Shown here: piece by piece, positions 26,944 through 35,734 of the stretch
Layout of the letters: every line of letters starts with the position of its first letter
Numbering within the stretch: position 1 is the stretch's first letter
Assembly: GCA_963744065.1 (NCBI GenBank)
Contig: CAVUSN010000023.1
Location: 45,559-109,558, forward strand
DNA: 64,000 bases
Direction: 5' to 3'
Origin: an uncultured Actinomycetes bacterium
GTDB taxonomy: Bacteria > Actinomycetota > Thermoleophilia > Gaiellales > JAICJC01
Position numbers and translations under genes: made by a program
The notes under the pieces: model-generated
Seen by the model: only the letters and a program-made list of their open reading frames with translations
Told to the model about the DNA's origin: nothing
The model's database searches: none

Positions 26944-27582
26944 TCAGGAGCGGGAGGAGGGGGCCGACACCTCGGCGGCGGCCAGGCCCAGCCCGATGAA
27001 GATGCACCCGGAGATGCGGGGCTGCCAGCGCAGGATCCGCCCGCCCTGGCGCAGGCGGCCGCCCAGCGTGCCGGCCAGCATCGCCCAGGTCGAGTCCGAG
27101 ACCAGGCCCAGCAGGATGAATACAAGGCCCAGCACGGCCACCTGCTCGGGCACGTGGCCGCGCCGGGTGTCCACGAACTGGGGCAGGAAGGCCATGAAAA
27201 AGAGCGCTGTCTTGGGGTTCAGGCTGTTGACCAGGGCGCCCCGCCAGAACACCCGCCGGAAGGCGGCCGGGGCGGCCGGCTCGAGCGGCTCCGAGGAGGC
27301 CGACAGCAGCATGCGGACGCCCAGAACGATCAGGTAGCCGGCGCCGATCAGGCGCACCACCGCGAAGGCCTGGGCCGACGAGGCCAGCAGCGCCGACAGC
27401 CCGACCACGGCCGCGCCCACGTGCACCAGGCTCCCGGTGTGGATGCCCAGGGTGGCGACGGCGCCGCGCCGGCGGCCGCCGCGCAGGGCCTGGCCGACGA
27501 TGTACAGCACCGACGGCCCGGGCACCACCAGCAGCGCCAGTGCCGCCGCCGAGAAGAGCAGCAGGGTGGAGTGGGGCGGCAT
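26944..27582 (-). CDS. LysE/RhtB-family amino-acid exporter
   Basis: ATG at 27582. LLFSAAALALLVVPGPSVLYIV; NPKTALFFMAFLPQFV. Confidence 0.85.
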   Translation of the reverse strand: MPPHSTLLLFSAAALALLVVPGPSVLYIVGQALRGGRRRGAVATLGIHTGSLVHVGAAVVGLSALLASSAQAFAVVRLIGAGYLIVLGVRMLLSASSEPLEPAAPAAFRRVFWRGALVNSLNPKTALFFMAFLPQFVDTRRGHVPEQVAVLGLVFILLGLVSDSTWAMLAGTLGGRLRQGGRILRWQPRISGCIFIGLGLAAAEVSAPSSRS

Positions 27583-27794
27583 CACGTCTCGGTGCTGGCC
27601 GGGCCGGCCGGAATCCCCACCTGCGGGAAGGGGATGTCCTGGCCGCAGTAAGCGTTGTGCATGGCGGTGGCGGCCTGCAGTTCGAGCAGCTCCAGCACCC
27701 GACCGTGCTGACCGTCGGCGCGCAGCGCGTCCATCGCCCGCCGCAGCTGCGCCTCCCATTCCAGCCAGTCCTGCCGCTGTCGCTCTTCGGCCAT
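27582..27794 (-). CDS. hypothetical 70-aa protein coupled to the LysE gene
   Basis: MAEERQRQDWLEWEAQLRRAMDALRADGQHGRVLELLELQ.... Its stop overlaps the LysE ATG (TGATG). Confidence 0.5.
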   Translation of the reverse strand: MAEERQRQDWLEWEAQLRRAMDALRADGQHGRVLELLELQAATAMHNAYCGQDIPFPQVGIPAGPASTET

Positions 27795-27816
27795 AGCCTC
27801 AAGGGTACCTACCCAC

Positions 27817-27848
27817 GGCCGGTGCCAGGCACGTGCCTGGCACCGGCC
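27817..27848. repeat. perfect 32-bp palindrome in a divergent promoter region
   Basis: GGCCGGTGCCAGGCAC|GTGCCTGGCACCGGCC, 16-nt arms with no loop. Same core as the 18398..18440 element. Confidence 0.85.
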
Positions 27849-27892
27849 TTTGGATCGGTGGCTCCGTCCGACCCCGTTCGTACGATGAGAAC

Positions 27893-28114
27893 ATGGACTC
27901 GAAGCGCGAGAACCTGGCGATGGCCATCGACCTGCGACTGACCGACCTGTGGGTCGAGCTGTTCGAGATCGAGCCCGGCCGGCTGGACGCCGATCTGCTG
28001 GCCTGGTTCCTGCGGGCGGCCTACGGCCAGGGCTATACCGATGCCCTGCGCGAGACCAACCGCGGCCAGCTGTGCCTGGATCTGGGCTACGCCGTGCCCG
28101 ATCCCGCCGCCTGA
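27893..28114 (+). CDS. hypothetical 73-aa protein
   Basis: MDSKRENLAMAIDLRLTDLWVELFEIEPGRLDADLLAWFLRAAYGQGYTDALRETNRGQL. Coding-like bias but a weak SD. Confidence 0.45.
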   Translation: MDSKRENLAMAIDLRLTDLWVELFEIEPGRLDADLLAWFLRAAYGQGYTDALRETNRGQLCLDLGYAVPDPAA

Positions 28115-28143
28115 TCCGGCCGGCGCTGCGTAGATTGGCCGGC

Positions 28144-28553
28144 ATGACCGGGCGTCCGCGGCTGGTGATTGCGCTGGTGGTGGCTGCCATGCTGATCGCG
28201 TTCCTGGTCTATCAGGTGTTCGGCGGCTCCGATCAGCTGATCGTCTCGGTCGCCCAGCTGCGGGCCAACCGGGACGGCGCCGCCCATCGCGTGGTGCAGC
28301 TGTCGGGGATGGTGGTGTCGGCCGAAAGAAACAGCTCCAAGCTGGATTTCGTGCTGCGCGACGACGGCTCGACGCAGACGGTCCCGGTGCGTCTACCGGG
28401 GCTCCGTCCCCGACGCCGTTCAAGGTCAGGGCCGGCGGGTGATCGTCACCGGGCGCATGCAGGGCGGGACGTTCGATGCCGAGCGCGACTCGCTGGTCAC
28501 CAAGTGCCCCGAGCAAGTACACCGCCGGCGGCCGGGAGCTAGGCCACTCGTGA
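28144..28553 (+). pseudogene. ccmE: heme chaperone CcmE, Cys-type (CxxxY) variant; two frame changes
   Basis: TM anchor, then VQLSGMVV...LDFVLRDDGSTQTVPV (frame 1). YRGSVPDAVQGQGRRVIVTGRMQGGTFDAERDSLVTKCP (frame +1). SKYTAGGRELGHS with stop at 28551..28553 (frame +2). Confidence 0.75.
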
Positions 28554-30557
28554 CCACGCTCGGCAGCGTCGCCCTGCTACGTCGCCTTCGGCGCTGGCCG
28601 TCTACGCGACCGGAGCCGCCGTGCTGGCCGGCCGGCGGCGCGACCGGCGGTTGATGCAGAGCGCGGCAAACGCCGTGCTGGCCGCCTTCGCCACCGGCTG
28701 GTCGCGGTGTTCGCGCTGGAGTATCGCGCTGGTGCACCCACGACTTCTCGATCGCGGTGGTGGTCGACCACACCACCCGCCAGCTGCCGTTCTTCTACCT
28801 GCTGACGGCGCTGTGGGCCAGCCAGCCGGGGTCGCTGCTGCTGTGGCTGACGGTGCTGTCCGGCGCGGCCAGCCTGGTGATCGCTCCAGAACCGGCACCG
28901 AAACCGCGAACTGCTGCCGTGGGTGACGGCGGTGCTGGGCGCGGTGATGGTGTTCTTCTCGGCCATGGCGGCGTTCGTCTCCTCGCCGTTTGCCGCCGCG
29001 CCCAGGGGGTCGCATCCCGGCGCGGCCTCGACCCGTCGCTGCAGAACCCGTACATGGCCATCCACCCGCCCACGCTGTACCTGGGCTACGTGTGCATGGC
29101 GGTGCCGTATTCGTTCGCAATGGCGGCGCTGGTCACCGGCCGCACCGACGCCCGCTGGCTGGCTCTCCGTCCGCCGCTGGACGCTGGTCGCGTGGGCCGC
29201 GCTGGGCGTCGGCATGCTGCTGGGCGCGCACTGGGCCTACGAGGAGATCGGGTGGGGCGGCTACTGGGCCTGGGATCCGGTCGAGAACGCGGCCCTGATG
29301 CCGTGGCTGGCCGCCACCGCCTTCCTGCACTCGGTGATGGTGCAGGAGAAGAAGGGCATGCTCAAGGTGTGGAACATGGTGCTGGTGTCGGGCGCCTTCT
29401 CGCTCTCGGTGTACGGCACGTTCCTGACCCGAAGCGGCGTCGTCAACTCGGTGCACTCGTTCGTGCAGTCGCCGGTCGGCGGCTACCTGCTGGGCCTGGT
29501 GGCGGTCGTGGTGGCCTTCTCGGTGGGCATGATCGTGTGGCGGCTGCCGCTGCTGCGGGCCGAGCACCGGCTGGAGTCGGTGATCTCCCGCGAGGCCACG
29601 TTCCTGTTCAACAACCTGCTCTTCGTGGCGCTCGTTTTTGCGGTCTTCTGGGGCGTGCTGTTCCCGATCCTGTCGGAGGCCGTGCGCGGCATCCAGTCGT
29701 CGGTGTCGACGCCGTACTACAACTTCTTCCTGGTGCTGTTCGGGCTGCCGCTGCTGTTCCTGACCGGGGTGGGGCCGCTGATCGCCTGGCGGCGGGCGTC
29801 GCCGGGCAGCCTGTATCGGACGTTCCGCTGGCCGGTGGCGTCGGCCATCGCCGCCACCGTGCTGCTGGCGGCCGCCGGGCTGGGCTCGTCTACCGCCGGC
29901 CTGACGGCCCTGTCGCTGTGCGTGTTCGTGACCGTCACCATCCTGCTCGAGTTCGCCCGCGGGGCGTCCGCCCGGCGGGCGCTGGCGGGCGGTTCGTGGC
30001 CGTCCGCGCTGCTGGAGCTGGTGCGTCGAAATCGGCGCCGCTACGGCGGCTACATCGTGCACCTGGCGATGGTCGTGCTGGTGGTCGGGATCGTCGCCTC
30101 CGGCGCCTACTCGACCGTGAGGGAGGGCCACCTGGCGGTCGGCCAGAGCATGCAGCTGGACGGCTACACACTGACCAACAGGGGGCTCTTCCAGACCCCG
30201 GGGCCGAACTTCACCACCGAGCACGTGCGGCTTGCGGTGACGCACAACGGGCGGTCGATGGGCACCCTCAATCCAGGCCTGCGGGCCTTCACCGACACCG
30301 GCACCCAGGTGTCCAACGCCGTCGACATCCGCACCATGTACCCGTCCCTGACCGACCTGTACACGATCCTGCAGGGCATCGACCAGAACGGTTCCCAGGG
30401 TGTCGACCTGAAGGTGCTGGTCAACCCCATGATCGGGCTGGTCTGGACGGCCGGCGTGATCTTCCTGCTGGGAGCCCTGGTGACCGTGTGGCCGGACCCG
30501 CGTGAGGCCCGGATGCTGGCCCGGCGGTATGCCGCCGCCCTGGCGCGGGAGGCGTGA
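28550..30557 (+). pseudogene. ccmF: cytochrome c heme lyase subunit CcmF; about eight frame changes in the first 620 nt, intact thereafter
   Basis: WWD motif WAYEEIGWGGYWAWDPVEN and a long intact 3' ORF. The N-terminal segments (VTTLGSVALL, VYATGAAVLAGRRRDRRLMQSAANAVLAAFAT, THDFSIAVVVDHTTRQLPFFY, GLDPSLQNPYMAIHPPTLYLGY) tile across all three frames. GTG overlaps the ccmE stop. Confidence 0.85.
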
Positions 30558-30877
30558 ACACCGCACTGGTCGCGATCGCGGCCGCTGCCCTTGTGATCGC
30601 GGCCCTGGTGTTCGTGGCCTGGCCACTGGTCTCGCCCGAGGTCGAGCCGGAGCCGGGGTTGAGCGATCTGGCCCGCCGCCGGCTGGCGGCCGCCGAGCGG
30701 CGCGACGAGGCCTACTCGGCGCTGCGCGAGCTGGAGCTGGAGGTGCGCACCGGCAAGATCACCCAGGAGGACGCCGAGCGCGAGCGGGTGCGCCTGCGCG
30801 GCCAGGCGGCCGGGGCTCTGCGGGAGCTGGATCAGCTAGATTTGGAAGTTCCACCGAGCGGGTCCGAGGAGGATTGA
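30554..30877 (+). CDS. single-TM coiled-coil protein (CcmI-like?), coupled to ccmF and pspA
   Basis: MNTALVAIAAAALVIAALVFVAWPL, then an Arg/Glu-rich helix. GTGA overlap with the ccmF stop and TGATG overlap with the pspA start. Confidence 0.65.
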   Translation: MNTALVAIAAAALVIAALVFVAWPLVSPEVEPEPGLSDLARRRLAAAERRDEAYSALRELELEVRTGKITQEDAERERVRLRGQAAGALRELDQLDLEVPPSGSEED

Positions 30878-31665
30878 TGGCCGGTCTGATGTCCAGGTTC
30901 ACCACGCTATTCAAGGTCAAGGCCAACAAGGCGCTGGACCGGGCTGAGGATCCCGGTGAGACCCTCGACTACAGCTACCAGAAGCAGTTGGAGATGCTGC
31001 AGAAGGTCAAGCGCGGCGTGGCCGACGTGGTCACGGCCAAGAAGCGGCTGCAGCTGCAGACGGCCAAGCTCGAGGAGAGCGTGGTCAAGCTGGACAGCCA
31101 GGCCAAGCAGGCGCTGGCCGGCGGCAGCGAGGATCTGGCCCGCACAGCCCTGGAGCGCAAGACGCTGATCCAGGGCCAGCTGCAGGGGCTCGATCAGCAG
31201 ATCACCGCGCTCGAGCAGCAGCAGCAGAACCTGCTCGACCAGGAGCGCAGGCTGTCGGCCAAGGTCGAGTCCTTCCGCACCCAGAAGGAGGTCGTCAAGG
31301 CGCAGTACTCCGCCGCCGAGGCCTCGGTGCGGATCGGCGAGGCGACCACAGGGTTGGGCGAGGAGATGTCGGACGTTGGCATGGCGCTGCAGCGGGCACA
31401 GGACAAGACCGAGCAGATGCAGGCCCGCGCCTCGGCCGTCAACGAGCTGGTGGAGACCGGCGCCCTGGACGATCTGACCGCGCCGGCCGGCACCGATCTG
31501 GATCGCCAGATCGCGCAGCTGACGGCCGGCAACCAGGTGGATGCCGAGCTGGCCAAGATGAAGGCCGAGTTGGGCGGCGGGGCTGCCCCGGCCGGACAGA
31601 TCGGCACCGGGGATGCGGCGGCCGCGCCGCCGCCGGCGCCCGCCGAGGAGGAGGCCAAGCCGTGA
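30877..31665 (+). CDS. pspA: PspA/IM30-family envelope-stress protein
   Basis: MAGLMSRFTTLFKVKANKALDRAEDPGETLDYSYQKQLEML, then a long coiled coil and an Ala/Pro-rich tail. Confidence 0.9.
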   Translation: MAGLMSRFTTLFKVKANKALDRAEDPGETLDYSYQKQLEMLQKVKRGVADVVTAKKRLQLQTAKLEESVVKLDSQAKQALAGGSEDLARTALERKTLIQGQLQGLDQQITALEQQQQNLLDQERRLSAKVESFRTQKEVVKAQYSAAEASVRIGEATTGLGEEMSDVGMALQRAQDKTEQMQARASAVNELVETGALDDLTAPAGTDLDRQIAQLTAGNQVDAELAKMKAELGGGAAPAGQIGTGDAAAAPPPAPAEEEAKP

Positions 31666-31940
31666 TCGTGCGCATCCTCGAACAGGGCCAGTTCCGGCTC
31701 TCGGACGACCAGCACGGGCGCCTGAACGAGCTCGACAACGCCGTGGCGGCGGCGGTCGCGGCGTCCGACGAGGCCGCCTTCCGATCGTCGCTCGGGGCGC
31801 TTCTGGACTTCGTCCGCACCCAGGGCGAGCGGGTCGGCGACTCCGAGCTGGTGACCTCCGACCACGTGCTCCCGCACAACGAGATCACGCTGGCCGAGGC
31901 CCGCGAGGCTTTCGCCGGCGAAGGCGTCATCCCGGGCTGA
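31662..31940 (+). CDS. PspA-associated small protein (PspAA-like)
   Basis: MIVRILEQGQFRLSDDQHGRLNELDNAV...GVIPG. GTGA overlap with the pspA stop. Family name recalled from the described Psp partner families, not verified by search. Confidence 0.65.
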   Translation: MIVRILEQGQFRLSDDQHGRLNELDNAVAAAVAASDEAAFRSSLGALLDFVRTQGERVGDSELVTSDHVLPHNEITLAEAREAFAGEGVIPG

Positions 31941-31946
31941 CCAAAC

Positions 31947-31992
31947 CGGGGTCAGGCACCGTCACGTCATGACGTGACGGTGCCTGACCCCG
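31947..31992. repeat. GGGGTCAGGCACCGTCAC palindromic repeat, copy 1 (22-nt arms); probable bidirectional terminator
   Basis: CGGGGTCAGGCACCGTCACGTC-AT-GACGTGACGGTGCCTGACCCCG. Lies 7 nt after the pspAA stop and 9 nt from the convergent stop. Confidence 0.85.
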
Positions 31993-32000
31993 AATCCCGG

Positions 32001-32999
32001 CTACTCGTACACGATGACGTCCGGCGAGGGCCGCAGCGCCAGCACCAGGCGCGGGGGCATCAGGTCGGTGTCCTGCGTGTAGAAGAGCTTGAAGCCGTTG
32101 CCGATGCCCGGCTTGTGGCGGGCCAACTCGTCGTACTTGGAGATCTTGTTGGGGCGATCGCCGAAGCCGTCGATGTTGATCACGATGGCGACGCCCGGAT
32201 ACGGGTGGATGACGCCCTGGTGGGCGATCATGTCCGGCGTGAAGCGGTGCACGATCAAGAGCTTCTGGGGTAGGTTGCCGACCTTGACGATGTGCGACAG
32301 CATGGCCGCCACGCGGTTCACCACGGTGCCCGTGGTTGAGCCGATCACCTGGCCCGGGGTCTGGCCCGGGCGCATGCTCCACTCGGGATCCAGGGCCACG
32401 CCCACATCCGGCAGCCGCAGCCACTGGCGATAGGCCCGCAGCTCGCTCAGGAAGCTCGAGCGGCCGGGCTGGATGTCCAGCAGCAGCAGCCCCTTGACCC
32501 TGCGCACGGCCTTCAGGTAGCTGGCGATCACCTGGTTTGACTGCCGCATGCGGTACATGCCGTCGGTGCCGGGATCGGCCTGGGCAACGGTGGTGATCAG
32601 CTCGAAGGCCGGCAGCACCGGCCGGCCGGGCCGGGCGTAGGCCTCAGCCTGGGCCTCCAGCCGGGCCGCCGCGTGGGCCGGGGTGCCGTCCCCGAGCACG
32701 CCCAGGGCGGCAGTCTGCGGCGCGCCGTCGAATGCCACCACACGGAAGTCGGGCAGGATCGTGCGGCCGCCGCGGGGCAGGTGCGGCGGGGCCGGCGGCT
32801 TGTGATGCGTCTTGGCCGCCACCGCCCGGGTGGGCGGAGTGTGGTGCAGCGACAGGAGCGCAGCCGCGCCCAGCACCACCGCCGCCATCGTGCCGGCGCC
32901 GATCATGCGCTGCCGGCGGATCCGCCGGTGTCGCATCTCGCGCCTGATCTGGCGCTGGAATTCGCGGTCGTATTCGAGCATCAGATGGGCGCGTCCCAC
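32001..32999 (-). CDS. membrane-anchored protein, possibly glycoside-hydrolase-like TIM barrel
   Basis: 332 aa. Basic N-terminus plus a TM (MIGAGTMAAVVLGAAALLSL), then LLLDIQPGRSSFL, VALDPEW, LLIVHRF. Overlaps the PspAB-like gene by 19 nt. Confidence 0.7.
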   Translation of the reverse strand: MGRAHLMLEYDREFQRQIRREMRHRRIRRQRMIGAGTMAAVVLGAAALLSLHHTPPTRAVAAKTHHKPPAPPHLPRGGRTILPDFRVVAFDGAPQTAALGVLGDGTPAHAAARLEAQAEAYARPGRPVLPAFELITTVAQADPGTDGMYRMRQSNQVIASYLKAVRRVKGLLLLDIQPGRSSFLSELRAYRQWLRLPDVGVALDPEWSMRPGQTPGQVIGSTTGTVVNRVAAMLSHIVKVGNLPQKLLIVHRFTPDMIAHQGVIHPYPGVAIVINIDGFGDRPNKISKYDELARHKPGIGNGFKLFYTQDTDLMPPRLVLALRPSPDVIVYE

Positions 33000-33538
33000 A
33001 ACGGGAACCAGCGCTCGAGCTCCGGCTCGATGGGCAGTTCCTGCTCCAGCTTGCCCTGCAGCTGCAGCTCCCGCTCGGAGTCACGCCGCTGGCCGCCGGT
33101 GGGGACGAACGGGTAGAAGAAGCCGCGCTTGAAGTTGTAGATGAAGTGCACCTGCTCACCGAACAGGAACACCCCGCACAGCAGCTGCTCGCCAAAGCCC
33201 TCGTCGATCATCGACTGGGCGGCCACGTGGATGGTCGTGACCAGGTCTTCGAAGTCGGAGTCCGCCAGCACAAGCCACTCGTAGCCGAAGCTGTCGGTGG
33301 AGCGTTCCATCTTGGTGCCCTCGTCCTTGAAGGCCAGCGCCACCATGCCCTCGACGTCCTGGCCGCTCTCGCGGAAGCGCGCCGAGGCCATCGGTTTGAA
33401 GCAGATGGCAGCCTTGGACGCTGGCTGCAGACCGAGCGCTGTGTCCAGCGTGACCTGTGCGGTTGAGATGGCGAACAACCGCTCCAGCGTCGGCTTCTGC
33501 AGTTTGGTCCGGCCCAGAAGTGAGTCGAACAGCCCCAT
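32981..33538 (-). CDS. PspA-associated protein (PspAB-like)
   Basis: MGLFDSLLGRTKLQKPTLERLFAISTAQVTL...FYPFVPTGGQRRDSERELQLQGKL...ERWFPLWDAPI. Family name recalled, not verified. Confidence 0.65.
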   Translation of the reverse strand: MGLFDSLLGRTKLQKPTLERLFAISTAQVTLDTALGLQPASKAAICFKPMASARFRESGQDVEGMVALAFKDEGTKMERSTDSFGYEWLVLADSDFEDLVTTIHVAAQSMIDEGFGEQLLCGVFLFGEQVHFIYNFKRGFFYPFVPTGGQRRDSERELQLQGKLEQELPIEPELERWFPLWDAPI

Positions 33539-33623
33539 TAGCAGGGGAGATCCTACCTATCAGAATGCACTCACGGGCAACGCCGGCATATCCGGTAAAG
33601 CTGGAGGCCGCGGACGGGCCGGG

Positions 33624-34526
33624 CTAGACGGTTTCCAGCTCGCGCTCCATGCGGCGCAGCTGCTCGAGCCTGGCCTCCATGGAGGGGTGGGTCGCAAACA
33701 GGTTGGACAGCCCGTTCTTGAGGCCGACGGGGACGATGAAGAACTGGTTCAGGCTCTCGGCCGCGCGCAGGTCGCGCTGCGGGATGCGGCCCATCGAGCC
33801 GGAGATCTTGACCAACGCCGAGGCCAGCGAGGACGGCGACTTGGTCAGCACCGCCGCGCCTCGATCGGCCGCGAACTCGCGGTAGCGGGAGAGCGCCCGG
33901 ATCAGCACGAAAGAGATCGCATAGACGACGATCGAGACCAAGAGGGCGATCATGAAGGCCTGGCCGGAGTCCTCGTCGTCGCCGAATCCGCCGCCGAAGA
34001 AGAAGCCAAAGCGGACGATGATGCCGGCCACCATGGCGAAGAAGCTGGCCAGCGTCATGATCGCCACATCGCGATGCTTGACGTGCGACAGCTCATGGGC
34101 CAGCACGCCCTCCAGCTCGTGCGGCTCCAGCCGCTGCAGAAGGCCGGTGGTGACGGCCACCGCCGCGTGCCTGGGGCTGCGTCCGGTCGCGAACGCGTTG
34201 GGCATGTCGGTCTGGATGATGGCCACCCGCGGCATCGGCAGGTCGGCCGTCATGCACAGCCGCTGGATGACGGCGTGCAGTTCCGGCGCCTCGGACTGGG
34301 ACACGATCTTGGCGCGCGCGGTCGCCAGAGCGATCTTGTCGCTGGTCCAGTACTGCACGATCAGGAGCCCGCCGGCGATCAGCATGATCGGGATCAGGCC
34401 GATCGAGAACACCTGGGACAGGATCCCGAAGAAGACCACGTACAGCAGGCCAAGCAGGAACACGGTGGCCGCCATGCGGGCGGCCAGGCCGGGGTCTCGA
34501 TCAAGCGTTCTGCGGCGTCGTGCCAT
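33624..34526 (-). CDS. htpX: M48 zinc metalloprotease HtpX
   Basis: ATG at 34526. HELSHVKHRD zinc motif, four TM segments, C-terminal FATHPSMEARL. Confidence 0.9.
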   Translation of the reverse strand: MARRRRTLDRDPGLAARMAATVFLLGLLYVVFFGILSQVFSIGLIPIMLIAGGLLIVQYWTSDKIALATARAKIVSQSEAPELHAVIQRLCMTADLPMPRVAIIQTDMPNAFATGRSPRHAAVAVTTGLLQRLEPHELEGVLAHELSHVKHRDVAIMTLASFFAMVAGIIVRFGFFFGGGFGDDEDSGQAFMIALLVSIVVYAISFVLIRALSRYREFAADRGAAVLTKSPSSLASALVKISGSMGRIPQRDLRAAESLNQFFIVPVGLKNGLSNLFATHPSMEARLEQLRRMERELETV

Positions 34527-34600
34527 TGCCCAGATTGTAGCTGCGGGGTACGTCCGTTCGTGGGCGGCTGGCAAACCCGAAGCCGATCCACAGCCGGCTC

Positions 34601-35127
34601 TCAGCCGTGGATGGACTCTCGAAGCGGCGCGTTGTCGCCGATCGGCCGGCCGCCGGCGCAGCCCGAAAGGCGGGCGAACTCGAGCGGACTGAACCCCTGG
34701 ATGCGCTCGAGCACGGTGGAGCAGGGGAAGGTGGAGAGCGCCCAGAAGTCGCGCATGGCGGCCGGTGGGACAGCGCACCAGGACTCGACGCCGAGGTCGA
34801 GCGTAGAACGGGCGATGATCGAACCGTCCGCCGTATGGACGTCTGCGGCCCGCTAACGCCGGCGGCCGTGAGGCAGTTCGCCACCGGCATCCCGCGGCCC
34901 AGATAGTCGGCGATCGCGGCGCAGGCGACCGACGGATGCGGCATCGAGCCGGCGTCCGGATGGCAGGTCAGGGTGTACCGGTGGACGGTCTGGCCGGGCA
35001 GCCCGCTGACGACCACCGACAGCGACGTCACGCGGCTTGGCGGGACGTGCGCGTGCCCGCTGCCGAAGCAGCCGGCCGCAACTCCCACGACCAGCCCGAG
35101 GACAAGGGCGACCCGTCGCATACCCAT
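34601..35127 (-). pseudogene. lipoprotein with subtilisin-inhibitor-like motif; one frame change near 34840
   Basis: Lipobox VAAGC. YTLTCHPDAGSMPHPSVACAAI. After GVSGPQ the product continues in another frame as VHTADGSIIARSTLDLGVESWCAVPPAAMRDFW...ESIHG, with its stop at 34601. Confidence 0.55.
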
Positions 35128-35163
35128 AGGACGGCGCCCGGCGGCGTTCGGTTCCGAAGAGCG

Positions 35164-35718
35164 CTACGTCTCCAGGATGTGGATGTCCGGCAGGTTGCGG
35201 AACCGCTGCCGGTGGTCGAAGCCGTACCCGACCACGAACTCGTCCGAGGCGGTGAAGCCGGAGTAGCGCACGGCTGGATGTCGACCAGCCGCCGGTAGGG
35301 GCGATCCAGCAGGGTGCAGATCTCGATCGACGCGGGGCCGCGGAAGCGCAGCGTCTTCAGCAGCGAATGGAGGGTCAGGCCGGTGTCGATCACGTCCTCG
35401 ATGATCAGCAGGTGCTGGCCGCGGACAGGCGCATCGAGGTCCTTCAGCAGCCGGATCCGCCCGCTGGACTCGGGGGAGGCGCCGCGGTAGCTGGAGATCG
35501 CCATGAACTCCAGCCGGTGCGGCACCGTCAGCGCCCGCGACAGGTCGGCCAGGAAGATCGACCGCGCCCTTCAGCACCGTCACCAGCACCAGGTCGCGGT
35601 CGTGGTAGTCGCGGCCGATCTGCGCGCCCAGCTCCCGCACGCGCGCCGCCAGCATGTCGCGGGAGAGAAACACCCGCCCCGGCACGGGCTGCTCCAGCGG
35701 CTGCGCCGGCATGCTCAC
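35164..35718 (-). pseudogene. hpt: hypoxanthine phosphoribosyltransferase; two frame changes
   Basis: LVLVTVLKGA (frame 1); IFLADLSRALTVPHRLEFMAISSY...HLLIIEDVIDTGLTL (frame 2); YSGFTASDEFVVGYGFDHRQRFRNLPDIHILE (frame 1). Confidence 0.85.
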
Positions 35719-35734
35719 GGCTTATCTCCGGGCA

